Both the position numbers and the translations under genes were made by a program. From positions 40,984,001 to 41,048,000 of the forward strand of contig NC_087245.1 of NCBI RefSeq assembly GCF_037042905.1: a stretch of DNA of 64,000 nucleotides, read 5' to 3'. Below are positions 24,179-37,134 of the stretch, one piece after another. Below the pieces are notes generated by a model, which was not told where the DNA came from, made no database searches, and worked only from the letters and a program-made list of their open reading frames with translations. The stretch is from Lytechinus pictus. Its lineage: Eukaryota. Within the stretch, counting starts at the first letter, position 1, and every line of letters starts with the position of its first letter.

Positions 24179-26646
24179 CATTTATTATTTATTCCTTAAA
24201 ACACCTTTCAACAGAAAAAAATATTAATCAGCTCGCAGGCTGTTTCACATAATGGTCCTGCATAACGAAAATATACACATATCAAAAGAAAAGATTACAA
24301 ATAATTAGGAATACATGTAATTATATACAGCAAAACTAAAATACAAGTAATGCTAAAAGTGACACATCAGAAAAAAAGGAACAAATAGCAAGATTTATTT
24401 CATAGTAAGATAAAGAAGTGAAGGAAAAAAGTTTTATACATCGATATCAAGTTAAAACAGGAATGGGCCTCAATTTAAAAAATTGTAACAATATTAATAC
24501 TTATAGGAAATCATAATAATCGATAATAAACAGATGTGTATTATTGAGTAATCATGCTAATAATAACAATACTATAAATATATATGGACCAAAATAGAAC
24601 AGTTAAAGAATTCTTATTGATTTAAGCGAAATTTCGTGTAATGATATTTGAAACTTTCAACAGAAATGGCATTCTGGATATCTTCCGGGAGTTTGCTCAA
24701 AGTTACTGCTCCGGCATATTTAAAGGATTGTTTAAATAGGGATATGTTAGGTTTGGGTAATACTACATTTAGTGAATTTGCATTCCTAGTGTTCATGCCA
24801 TGGCGATCGAAGTACCTTTCAATTTCATTTGATAAGCGGGGAGGGGCAACGCCCCTTATACACTTGTACATGAGAATAGCCAGAAAATAATCTCGACGTT
24901 GGTCAATAGTTTACTAGGAGAGTTGATTTATCAATGCATTCCCGCTCGCAATTTTATAGTCAGAAATTCCAGATACATATCTAGCAGCTCTTTTTTGCAA
25001 TCTATTTAGGGGCAATTTGTAGGCTATTGGACAGTTGCCCCAAACAGAGATTGCATAGTCTATACAGGGCTGAATTATGCATTTATACAGGATATTTAGT
25101 ACATGTGAACTCAGGAATTTACACAACTTGCCTAAAGAGTAGATCTTATAGGCAATCGATTTACATAATTCTCTTAAATATACATTCCACTTCAGGTTTT
25201 CATCTATCACAATGCCTAAATACCTTATAGACTTTACCTGTTCAATCAGATCATTATTAATGAATATCTTCAATGTATCGGATGATCTTAATTTAATTAG
25301 TATTGTTTCGGTTATACCAGTCATTTTAGGCGTCTACATCTTTCTGTAATTTCTTTGTTACATCTTCCAATTTACTGTAAGAGGCAAATACTACTACATC
25401 ATCAGCAAAAATGCTGCAAGTACCTTCAGTAATACATTCAGATATATCATTGATAAACATTGAGAACAGGATGGGGGCCAGAACACTGCCCTGCGGTACT
25501 CCAATAGAAAGCTTTTTAATACTAGATAATTTTCCTTTGGAAAATACAGCTTGCTTTCTATCGTTTAAATAGTTTTTGAACCAAGTGAGCATATTTTTGA
25601 TAATTCCATATTTTTCGAGTTTGAATAGAAGAAGTCCATGATCTACACAATCAAAACATTTTGAGATGTCTAGAAAGCATGCAGCAACCATTTCTTTCAT
25701 ATTTGATGCATCATAAAAATCATCTAAGACACGATGTAGGCACGTTATTGTTGAATGGTTCGGAAGAAATGCGTATTGATCAACATTAATCATGTCATGC
25801 TTTTGGAGGTAGGATAGTGGTTGTGATTGTATTTCCTTTTCTATGATTTTTGGGATGTGACTAACGACTGATATTGGTCGGTTTTTAGATTTTTCGTCTT
25901 TTGAACCCTTATCTTTGAAAATTGGTGTCGTACGTGCAATTTTCCAGTCAGCAGGTACAATTCCCGTATCTAAACTAGTGTTAAAGATATCACATAAGGA
26001 TTGGGCAATAAAGGGGGGCAGCTAATTTCAATAATTTTGTATCAAAGTCAAGGATATCCCCGGGGGGGGGCACTCAGTATATAATGCATAGTGGGTATGT
26101 GCCGCGGAGGGGACCCCCATTTTTACACTCAAATTTCCGTTCCGAGGCATAGCATTTTTGTCTTGTTGAGAAAAAGAACAAAGAAAGCCGCTCCAGAGCA
26201 TAGCATTTTCTTCTTCTCGAGAAAAAAGAAGAAAAAAAATCCGCTCCAGGGCTTCGCATATTTTCCGTTACGCCGTTCCGGTCGCAATTTTGGTGAAAAG
26301 CGGCCGCAGCTCGCTGTCCGACCATCGCCTCTGTGCTAGCGCGCCCGTCAGTCGTACCGCCGGGCTAGCTGCAAGTACGTTCCATAGGGATGCATACGCA
26401 CTCGCACGCAGGCGACCCGTTCCAAGGACCCCCGTTTTCACAAACATTTTTAGTTCCGAAGCCCGTTCCGAGGACCCTCCTTTTTACAATGAGCCCGCTC
26501 CAAGGCCCCCGTTTTTTGTCTCGCCCGCGGCACACCCCTACCACTTTTTTGGTCGAGTGCCCCCCCGGGAGGATATCTAAGTTACTATTTGAGTCCAAAT
26601 TGTTCAAGTGCCGTAGAATCTTTGAACAGTCAATTGGTTGAATATT
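24179..26646 (-). mobile_element. 5'-truncated L2/CR1-group LINE inserted into the Hero fragment
   Basis: Broken RT ORFs (PQGSVLAP, FADD); (AATA)n-like tail at ~24179-24195. Confidence 0.88.
26059..26569. mobile_element. 511-bp MITE with CCCGGGG..GCACTC termini and 8-bp TSD
   Basis: TSD AGGATATC at 26051-26058 and 26570-26577. Confidence 0.9.
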
Positions 26647-28060
26647 AAGGACACTGAGGAACATATCAGGAAAGGTCTGGAGTCAATTGATAAATGTGGC
26701 CTCCCAGGCAAACTTAAACTGTGGCCATTAACTGTCTATGAGATAGGATTGTCTTATGTTGAAGTCATGGAGCGTAAGATCAATGTCTATGCTAAGAGGT
26801 GGCTGGGTGTTCCAAATTCTCTGACCAACGTTGCTCTCCATAGTAGTGAGACAAAGTTCAACATCCCAGTCAAGTCATTGGTTGAAGAAGTCAAGGTGAC
26901 GAAAGCAAGATATTTTATGATGCTTCGTGATTCTAGCGATCCTGTCATTAGAGATTACCAGCCTGATGTGAAATCGGGGAGGAAGTGGCATGCTGAAAAG
27001 GCAGTGGCAGAGGCTGAGTCGAGACTGAGGCACAAGGAGATGGTTGGTGCTGCCCAAACGGGTCGTTTTGGGCCTGTGCTGGACTTCTACCAAGAGGTGA
27101 TCAGCAGCTTCAGCCCGGGAGCGGGGCGACCTCATCGTGCAGGAGATCAGAGAGGTTGAGGAGGAGAAGAGATGGGCCACAGCGGTTGGCCAGGCCCAGC
27201 AGGGCTCATGGACGAAGTGGGAGGGGGCGGAAGCCAGAAGATTGATATGGTCTGTACTATGTCAGATGGAGCCACTTCGAATCTCCTTCGTTGTTCACTC
27301 GACCTACGATCTCCTGCCTACGCCTGTTAACCTTAGCAAGTGGTATAACGAGCTGTGGACTAAAAAAAAACTGTAATCAGTGTTGTAACAAATTAATAGA
27401 CCAACAGGAAAAGTGATAACTAGTTCTCTCTTGAACTTCGTTCAGGCGAACCAAGCACTAGAAAATTGATTACCGTTGATTTAATCTTTGATGGTAAAGT
27501 CTCTACCAACTCTCTTAAACTGCAAATAGGCCCACATTTAACAAGTTTTTTGTTGTTGTTGAAATTGACCCTAAATCTTTCTGCCCAATGTAATATAGAG
27601 TTTAGAACAGGCCCGAACCTAACTCAAATCGTTATGTTTGTCTCTTGTAAGTCAACGGGAATGCGTTTTGACAATAACAAGGCTAGTTGTTTGAACGAAT
27701 GTTAGTGATTTTCCCCAAATTTGGAAGAATTTTGTACATTTTGATGAAAAGGTTGTTAAATTCAAGATTTTCCAATAACACATGTCCTTTCATGAAACGA
27801 TTCAGAAGCTGTAAACCATGAAGGTGACGTCACGTCATCGAATATAACGCCGCCGTTAACAATACCACGCAACTGCATTCACTTTGGTGACGTTAAAACA
27901 CTAGAATATAACAAATGCAACCATTTCAGCTATGATAGCGTGATGGCATATTCACCTATCACTGATTCGAATCTACGTTACTCATGTAATATAAGGAAAT
28001 AATTCTTTTTTTCAATTTGCCTTTCATTCCTTTACCAAAAAAAAGTCAATCTCCGTCCAG

Positions 28061-28121
28061 CTTTTACTTACGGCTACGAAGACCGCGGAAGATTCAACAG
28101 AAGTTCCATACAGGAAATTCA
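28061..28121 (+). CDS. ST8SIA: ST8Sia-like predicted exon 2 (stem region; 5' boundary uncertain)
   Basis: CCAG| acceptor phase 1, CA|GTAAGT donor phase 2. Reads AFTYGYEDRGRFNRSSIQEIQ and bridges exon 1 and exon 3 in frame. Confidence 0.6.
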
Positions 28122-28359
28122 GTAAGTTATATATTTCTACATCTCGGCATATGCCACCCTTTAATGTAAACATTCATTATTGAAATAGATTCACAATCGT
28201 AATCTCGAACATGAAACAGATTCAGAAATTATAGTGATAATAAATTGAAAGTAAAAGGTGATCAATTAAAAGAGAGCTAGGTATTACGGAAATACTCTTG
28301 TTACGGCAGAGACATAATCATGCAGGTACATCAGATTAATCGTTTTATAGTTGCATATT

Positions 28360-28778
28360 CAGGGCCCTGGGAACGATTGTTTCCTGGGGGTGCTGATGTC
28401 AATTTGAAAAGCAAAAAAATAAAAAATGAATGTGTTTTAATACAAAAAAAATGGAGATCAAATTGCTCCCGAGAAATTTGAAAAGCAAAAAAAAAAAATT
28501 ATTACAAAATCGAGGCCATTTTGGTCTAAAGAAATTGAAAAAGCAAAAAAAAAAAGAGAGAAAAAAAAAAGGGTTTTACTACAACAAATAGGGGGTCAAA
28601 TTGCTACCGAGAAAACTGAAAAACTAAAAAAAGGGTTCCACTTCAAAATGGATGTCCTTTTGGTTACATTTGTTCAATTTTTACACACATATCAGAATAT
28701 CTGGGGTGCTGCCTATGGAGACTAATACACGCAGCACCTCCATGGAAAATAATAGGGGTGCTTCAGCACCCCCGCTTC
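28360..28778. mobile_element. hAT-like MITE remnant
   Basis: CAGGGCC start, GGGGTGCT/AGCACCCC subterminal motifs, internal A-rich repeats. Confidence 0.5.
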
Positions 28779-28859
28779 ACAGGAGAGACAGTCATGTGCA
28801 TCTTGCTATGATCTGTTAACCAGCTCCACGTATACTAGTATTTGAGACATATGAGAACA

Positions 28860-30103
28860 TAATAAAACAAACTGTTTACTGTCATGAGAAATTGTCTAAA
28901 TTTAACAGCCTTTCCGTAGGAATTCCCCAGGGTAGTGCCCTGGGTCCCATACTTTTTCAAGTTTTTAGTTATGATTTAAGTGAATATTTAGTGTCATGTT
29001 CATGCAATATATATGCAGATGATGTTGTTATTTATGTTTCTGATAAAAGTGATGAAGTTATTACGTCTAAATTACAGGCTGATCTTGAAAGCATTAGTAA
29101 ATGGTACAAAAGAAATAAATGAAAAGTCAATATTGATAAAACGTATAGTATGCTATTGAAACGAATTCAACATACTTCTCAAGAATTAAACATACATTTG
29201 AAAGGTAACATTATAAAACAAGTATAACATATTCGATATTTAGGAATTGAAATTGATGACAACCTGACGTGGAATTCACAAGTGAAAAATCTAAGTAAAT
29301 CTTTAGCATTCAAGTTATTTTCTTTAAAAAAGGTTAGTAAATTCGTCGATAAAATTTATAATTGTACAATTCAACCCATACTAGATTACTCTTGTTCTGT
29401 TTGTGGAACTGTTCTGTTAATAATAGGAAAATTTTGTTAAGACTACATAAAAGAGCAGCTAGGATAGTCGAAAAGAACTTTGATTATACCGAAAGTGGTA
29501 TGGACATAATTTAACGGTTGAAATGGCAGGTTTTAGAAAAAAGACGTTATTATTTCCTCGCTTGTATCATGTACAACTGTATCCATGGACATGCTCCAGT
29601 ACGTTTATGCAATTCAATCGACATGGTTTTTGATAGGCATCCTATAAATACTAGATATGCTAATTTACTGAACGTTGTAATACCAAAGCCAAATATTGAG
29701 TTTTTTAAGAATAGTTTACGATATGCAGGAGGAAGGGTATGGAATAATTTACACCCTGATCTACAAAGTGCAATTTCTATTGACTGTTTTAAAAGAAAAT
29801 TCATTTCTCTTAATAATCCGCTCACCATGGTGCATATTTGTCTTCTGCAGGTTTTAATTGGGAATTTGATAGTTATCACCCGATGCACATGTACCCTAAC
29901 GTCTCAAATGTTTGTTGTTTAAAATACCTATGTCACTTCGTTTTTTTTTTCTTTCTTTAATTATTGTATCAGACTTTAAGTTATTTTATGCAGTTTTCTA
30001 TGACGTATTTTTTATGTCAACAGGACCGTGTCGAAAAACAGTGTATATATTACCTGAACATGTTATTCTGAATAAAGATGTTTTAATAAATAAATAAATA
30101 AAT
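28860..30103 (+). mobile_element. Degenerate 5'-truncated L2/CR1-group LINE, related to 24179-26646
   Basis: PQGSALGP, YADD, shared DRH..NTR.AN.LNVV.PKPN; (TAAA)n tail. Confidence 0.85.
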
Positions 30104-30233
30104 TTCATATACGAAATATATTACGCTTCTGCTACCTAAAACAATAAATTAAGAATGACGGTAATTTCCAACATCGTAACATCATAAAGCTCTCCCTTTT
30201 GGAGGAATACGGGGCAAATCAAGACGGACATAA

Positions 30234-30788
30234 AGGGATGCTCCGGGCTGAAAATGATATGATTTAAACAGAACGAAAAATCAGACAAACAAAACACTGA
30301 AAATTTGATAATAATTGGACTAGGAATAACAAAGTCATGGCATTTTGAAGATTTGCATTATTCCGGTGAAACAGTTCTAGGCATGCCATTATGAATATTC
30401 AATGAGCAACTTGAGGATGTCATATCCCCACTTGTTCTTTTGTATTTTATTATATGAAATTAGGTTTATTAAAAAAAAGTTCTACAAAGAACTGAAAACA
30501 TTTGATTGATAACTGATTTAAATTATATTCATTGCTGCAACTTTTTTCATTACAAAGGAGACACATTATTCACACATGTATGAAAATGAATTAATTAGGA
30601 AAGTGGGGATTGATATCATCAGCCCATCTAATGAATATTAATGACGACGTGTATAACTGTTTTCACAATATATTGCTAAACTTTAAATGTCAATAACTTC
30701 GCTATTTGTTATCAGATTTTGATGAAATGTTCAGCATTTTGCACTGTGAATTTTACTCTATTTATTTTGATATAATATTTGCAGCCTG
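30234..30788. mobile_element. Kolobok-like MITE, right end lost
   Basis: TAA|AGGG start; subterminal GAAAATTT..AAGT.ATG.CATTTT arms as in 37765-38357. Confidence 0.55.
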
Positions 30789-30790
30789 TA

Positions 30791-30953
30791 CACTCTAAAA
30801 ATCAAGGATGTAAAACGAATCCAGATCGGCTGTGAATAGTGACCAGCCGAATATTTGAAAGTTAATCACAAAGATTTTACACAAATCCAACATTCGGCTG
30901 ATCACTATCCACAGTCGATCTGGATTTATTTTAAATCCTTGATTTTTAGACTG
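30791..30953. repeat. Small palindromic MITE
   Basis: CACTCTAAAAATCAAGGAT...ATCCTTGATTTTTAGACTG; ~65-bp imperfect arms, preceded by TA. Confidence 0.7.
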
Positions 30954-31297
30954 CACTCACCCCCTCTCAATGAAAAAGGCTTAGTTATATACTGTAATAA
31001 TCTATAGGTTGAAAAACATTGAAAACAATAAAGGTTTAATTTGGCTGAAATAAAATTTAAAAAAGATAGGCCTAAGGCCTAAGACAACAAAAACTGAATG
31101 ATGTGTCTCACTGTAAAAAAAAAAAAAGGAAAGATAAGATAACAGAAAAAGACAAAATGGCAAAAATAGGTTCAAGAAATAGAAATGTATAATACTCCCT
31201 CCAAAATAACTTAAGGATTATTTGAAATGATTTCTCTACAGGTAATGATTTTTTGGGTAAATGAATTGTCAGTTTATTTCCCTCTTTTTCACGACAG

Positions 31298-31900
31298 GCG
31301 GACTGTTTCTGCTTACATGAAGCAGTGGGAAGCAGTACAAGTTTTTCGATCCGATATTCCATGGAAAAATATAACTTTTTCAAGCAAAGAAATAGAACTG
31401 GAGGCTCTCAACCAATCACATACCATTTCAAAACAATATCAGTGCGCCCTGGTCGGTAACTCGGGCATCCTATTGGACAGTCGATGTGGTGACGCCATCG
31501 ACAGGTTCAAATTCGTCATCCGTATGAACCTCGCTCCTTGCGGAGGTGATTTCAAACGTGACGTTGGGTCTAAAGTAAATTTAGATTCTGTCAACGTGGA
31601 CCAGCTTGAGAGGTTGGTATCTTGTACGGACACCCATTACCCACCTGAAGCGAAGTGCAGTATCACGGACAAAGGTTGTCTAAAAAAGCGGGAAAAGAAG
31701 TACGGGACTCCAAGAAAACCTATCGATTGCGATGACCTGTTGAATAGATTGAAGCGAGCTAACGGGACGACTATTTGGTACTTTAAAAAGATTGGAAACA
31801 TTGCCGCTACCAAGAGGATGCTTGGTGTACTCAAACCAAAATACAACATTGACATCCATTTTGCTTACAGCCCGAGAAGCCTCATGGGACCTGCTAGCAA
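31298..31900 (+). CDS. ST8SIA: ST8Sia-like sialyltransferase exon containing sialylmotif L
   Basis: CALVGNSGILLDSRCGDAID...VIRMNLAP...DVGSK; polypyrimidine + ACAG| acceptor and AA|GTATGT donor, both phase 2. Confidence 0.9.
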
Positions 31901-31928
31901 GTATGTCGAAAGAGTGTTCAATTATAGG

Positions 31929-33054
31929 CAGTGGCGTACCGTGGGTCACGGCATAGGGGAGGGCACCAGCAAAAAAATTAGTGAGCGAGCGAAGCGCGCG
32001 CTCAGCTGCCAGGTATACTGACCTAATATCAGTGCCATTATAAACATAAATGTATCTCACTGATCAAATAATGCGAAGCGCGAGCTGAAAATTGTTGATA
32101 TTCAGACCTAAAAGGGACATTAAACGCAAATTTTTGCAATCATGATACGTACCTGTCTCGCAAAAAAAAAAACAATACGAGCGCGATTTTGATTTTTTGT
32201 ATGTATTGACCCCAAACAGGGACATTTTAAGGACCATATTTTAGGAATCCAATAAGAGTAGGCCTATATCTTACCGTAGTCATCTAATGCGAGTGCCAAG
32301 TGCTTGCTGATTTTGTTAGAATTACTTTTAAACACATGAAGCACTTGTAGTCATTGTAATAATGATTAACAAACGCATCTCACTAATCAAATATTGCGAT
32401 CGCGAGCTAAAAAATTATGAAATTCAGACCTGAAGAGGGGCATTCTAAGGCTTGCTTGTAGGAATTCACTAAAACCATACGTATTTCACTAACCAAATTA
32501 TGCGAGCGCGAAGCGCGAGCTGAAAATTTTTGATATTCAAATCAGAAAAAGGGACAGTTTTAAGGACTGATTTTAGGAATTCATGAAGAGCAGACATATC
32601 TCACCAACCCACTAATGCGAACGTAAGCATGGACAGGAAATGTTTTATATTAGGACCTTAAAATGGGGCAATCACTTTAAGTAGTCATGAAAAAGAAGTA
32701 AATGTAACTACATAAAACAATAATAACTCGAAGTGCGAGGAAATATATTTAGCGTGTATTGACTTGAAAACGGGAGGTTTTTGGAGAACAAGATTATATA
32801 TCTCGTTAAACAGACAATGCGAACACCAGGAACAATGAATACATAGGCCCTGAGCAAATTGTGTTTCATAAAGTTATGAAAAAAATGTTTCTTATGTAAT
32901 ATAACATAACATAATTGTAATATAATATAACATTATAACGGTCAATAATTTCTTCTTTCCCACTACGTTTCTTTTCCTTTCTCCTTCTTTTTCTCTTTTC
33001 CCCGTTTTTTTGCCAGCCGATTTGGGGGCACGTGCCCCCGTAGTTACGCCACTG
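31929..33054 (+). mobile_element. hAT-like MITE (CAGTGGCGTA termini, GCGCGAAGCGCG repeats)
   Basis: TSD ATTATAGG / ACTATAGG. Confidence 0.85.
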
Positions 33055-34063
33055 ACTATAGGGGTCGGTTGAAGATAGAGTTATGTTTTTAAACGCTACA
33101 AAAATATGATGAAATAAATAATCATAAAGTCTTTAGATTTTTATTGTTTGAAAAATCAGGTTGGGTTTAACAGTTCCAGTTCTGTTCCGGTGCAATACTT
33201 TGTAGAAGCAAACCTCAGAAGACGTATTCTCGGGCAGTTTCGATCCCATCCAATCCAAAGGTCATTCGATATAGCGCCTTTTCCTTTCGGCGACAAAGCG
33301 CTGCGCATACACTACTCCAAGTTTGGGCCACTAAAACAATAATTAAACACCTCAGAATAGAGGTTAGATGATATTTGATAGCTTTCTTGAATTTCTCAGC
33401 AAATAAGTTTCAGCTCATTTAAATTTTTTTCACCGTTGGTTTGCCTCTTCGGGGCAGAAATCGTGCCTTAAAATCAGGACTGTGTGCGCAGGGTGGGTGA
33501 AATATTATGGTACGCAATCCTCATAACAAATATATCCAGAGTTAATAAAACTGAAACGATTATACCACTCAAGTTTTCAGTGCTTCACGCATCTCATAAT
33601 TTGAGATTTTAATATGGATGTAAGCCTAATGTTTCCTCTCATTTTCAATAATAAAACAAAGTAATCTGGTACATAATTTTTCATCAAAATACCCGACCTA
33701 ACAGTTGAACAACCATCTCACCTCATAATTCATCAAGCAATCACACTTCATAGAAAATCGCGCAAAAGCTTAACACCTATCCTAATTCAAATGTATACCT
33801 GAAGGCTCGGTTGGCGGTCCGTTACTGCTTACATTGTGCATTGTCAACCTAGTAGAATATCAATGGTGAACATAAATGAACACATCTTTGATCACAGACA
33901 CGTATTATATGTGTGTGTGTGTTGGGGGGAGGGTGCATGTATGTGTGTAAGGGTAGCCGAATCTGTTAAAAACATAATATATTATGGATTTTCTTTCTAT
34001 ATTTACTTCAGCGCGAAGAGACTTTATAAATAGCGAAAATTAATTTGAGGAATTATACACCAA

Positions 34064-34409
34064 GGAGTCGTGGCATAGTGGTTAGGAATCTCGCCTTATA
34101 AACAGAGGGTCGTGTGTTCGAATCCCACCACGGTCTGGCGTCCTTTGACAAGCCGTTAATCCACACTTTGCCACTCTCGACCCAGGTGCTAAATGGGTAC
34201 CCGGTATGAAGTGAAAGTCATTGTAGCTTGTCCAGTACTGTGTGTGCCTCACCGGCGACTGACTGGAATACTCCCCAGAGAGTGGAGGATGTGCACACAT
34301 TGTGTGCGGGAATGACTGATTGAATCCGATGACCTTGGTAATAATATATCTGTAAAGCGCTTAGACACGTCGTTTCGATGTGTTAAGCGCTATATAAAAG
34401 CGGAATGTT
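34064..34409 (+). mobile_element. tRNA-derived SINE (CORE-like body, L2-like tail)
   Basis: A box TGGCATAGTGG, B box GTTCGAATCC, TSD TACACCAA at 34056-34063 / 34410-34417. Confidence 0.85.
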
Positions 34410-35338
34410 TACACCAATGGGAAGCCAATAGCTAAAAATAAAACTACAAAACCACACCCCCCCAAAAAAAAAGTCAGTTTCATGGAATTTTAGCGAAGAA
34501 TATAGATAAAATTAGGCTTTAGACTTGCAATCATGGAAAATGGGTATCATTGTGGTATTCACTCGCCAAGAATAGGATTCTATATGACGTCATCATATGT
34601 GGATACTGATGTTTTTTATATCACTTTATTTAAATAAAAAAAAGGAAGGAAATTTACAAAGTCAATACAAAACGTAATAAAGATTAAGATAGGCCCAGGT
34701 CATGACGCATCACTGTCGATGTAGGGCAGTAGTATAAAACTTAATGTACAATTTCGATGTAAGTAACAGGTTCATAACATAAACATATAACATATCTTTA
34801 AAAATGAGTATGTGAAATAATAATAACAGACAAAGTTGGGGTAAATATTAAAAAAAAAGAGAAAAAGAATTATTCATACATGCTCTAAGTTTACAAATAT
34901 TAGGTTGCTTGTAAGTTGTATTATTTACTTGCTTTCCAGATTAGAAATATTTCACATGATTTGCAGAAAAATTTATGTTTTGATTTTCAACACTCAAATG
35001 GACGGGACCATTTTTGTGTGATTTTTTTGTATGCCAGTAATTTGGTCTTGTCTGCTATGTCAGGAAAAGATGGTATTATATAGCATCCCAATGCAAATAC
35101 AAGGGTAAACATTTGCGCCCAAAATAAAAGATGAAACTTGGTCGAAAGCAGATTCCTTATTTGTGCGCTTCACCAATTTAAGCAGGAAATACTTTTCATG
35201 TTATTTTCTCTGTACAGATCGTATTAAAACTTTCGAATTCGTTATTTCGAAATAAATAAAGTAATCAATATTGTATACATTTAAAAACGCATGTAATCTC
35301 AACCCCGTTCACATATGATGATGTCCTATCATTTATAT

Positions 35339-36444
35339 CAGTGGCGTTACTACAAAAAAAAAACGGAGAAAAAGAGGGAGAAAGGAAAAGAAACGTAGTG
35401 GGAAAGAAGAAATTAATGTTCATTGTAATGTTATATTATATTATAATTATGCAATGTTATATTACATAAGAAACATTTTTTTCATAACTTTATGAAACAT
35501 AATTTGCTCAGGGCCTTTGTCTTCATTGTTCCAGGTGCTCGCATAGTCTGTTAAACGAGATATAACCCTGTTGTACTAAAACCTCCCGTTTTCAAGTCAA
35601 TATACACCAAAATATATTTTCTCGCACTTCGAGTTATTATTGCTTTATGTAGTGACGTGTGCTTCTTTTTCATGACTACTTAAAGTGATTTCCCCATTTT
35701 AAGGTCTTAATATTAAACATTTCCTTTCTGTGCTTACGTTCGCAATAGTGGATTGGTGAGATATGTCTGCTATCCATGAATTCCTAAAATCAGTCCTTAC
35801 AATGTCCCATTTTCTGATCTGAATAACAAAAATTTTCAGCTCGCGCTCGCATCATTTGGTTAGTGAAATACGTATGGTCATAGTGAATTCCTACAAACAA
35901 TCCTTAGAATGCCCCTCTTCAGGTCTGAATATCCTAAATTTGATTTGTGAGATGCGTATGATAATCATGATTACAATGACAAAAAAAGTGCTTGATGTGT
36001 TTAGATGTAATTCTAACAAAATCAGCAAGCGCTTGGCACTCGCATTAAATGACTATGGTGAGATATGTATACTCTTAATGGATTCCTAAAATATAGTCCT
36101 TAAAATGTCCCTGTTTGGGGTCAATATAACAAGAATTTCAGCTCGCGCTTCGAACTCGCATTGTTCGTTAAGCGAGACAGGGTACGTATCATGATTATAA
36201 AAATTTGCTGATAATGTCCCTTTTTAGGTCTGAATATAACAAAATTCAGCACGCACTTCGCGCTCGCATTAGTTTATCAGTGAGATACATATCCGTTTAA
36301 TGGCACTGCCCTTAAAATGTCTCTATAAGGTCAATAGGCCTATACCTGGCAACTGAGCGCAATTCACGCGCTCACTAAGTGACTCAATTTTTTTGCTGGT
36401 GCCCCCCCCCCCCCTCCCATGTCGTGACCCACGGTACGCCACTG
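35339..36444 (-). mobile_element. hAT-like MITE, same family as 31929-33054, inverted
   Basis: Perfect TSD ATTTATAT at 35331-35338 / 36445-36452. Confidence 0.88.
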
Positions 36445-36760
36445 ATTTATATAGATCGTTGAGAAGCAAAATAAAGCCTTTGCTATCGTAGAGAATCAAG
36501 AATTTGAGTGTTTATAAAGTGAAATGGTTCGCTGGTAAGGCATTTAAATGCATGGAAATTTCATTATTGTGATTCTTCAGCACTTCAGTATTTCAATTTC
36601 CAATGGTGTTATTGTTATCACTACAATAACATAAAACATTGTAATATCCTTATTGTTTACTATTATTATCATTACCTATTAGGGTGATGATGATGACTGA
36701 TATTATCATTATTATTTTCATTATCATCATTATTTTTATTTCAGTATTATCATCAAAATC

Positions 36761-37068
36761 GGGCACGGTGGCTCAGTGGTATAGAGCTGAGCCACCGACC
36801 GAACTGAACCCACGACCACCGACTGAACCCACGAACCGAAAAGGTCGTGGGTTCAATCCCCGGCCGAGTCATACCAAAGACCAAAAATGAGGCCTTTTGC
36901 CTTCTTACTGGGCACTCAGTATTTAGATTGGAGAAGGGTAATAATAATTATGTTACGTTACGTATATATGGTCCCCTGGTATACAGTTTTCTAACTGAAG
37001 TGGTTATAGGCCCTACTGGATTAATAAAACGTCATTAAAAACGTGCGCTAGCGTACATCATCATCATA
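36761..37068 (+). mobile_element. tRNA-derived SINE with a rearranged head
   Basis: A box TGGCTCAGTGG, B box GTTCAATCC, (CAT)n tail. Confidence 0.7.
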
Positions 37069-37134
37069 CCAATTTATAAAGTGATCAGTTTATTAATCTG
37101 AAATATATTTTTTTGTATGTCTTTTACCTCTCAG

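Larger units (their letters stand above)
24082..27360 (+). mobile_element. Hero-type (R2-group) LINE fragment, split into 24082-24178 and 26647-27360
   Basis: GEEIPTI*DEPVKSLGRWY..LKD joins KDTEE..IDKCGLPGK..WPL.VYE..RWLG.P.SL..GRKW.A..AV..AESRLRH, the post-RT pattern I recognise from Hero elements; frameshifted. Confidence 0.75.

Noticed and set aside
31227..32021. Single-exon 264-aa protein as given by the ORF track
   Set aside because: Both ends run through splice sites into intron/MITE sequence; motifs S, III and VS lie in the exon at 37135.
34064..34135. Functional tRNA gene (also 36761-36865)
   Set aside because: Poor cloverleaf pairing, continues into a SINE body and tail; the first is flanked by a TSD.
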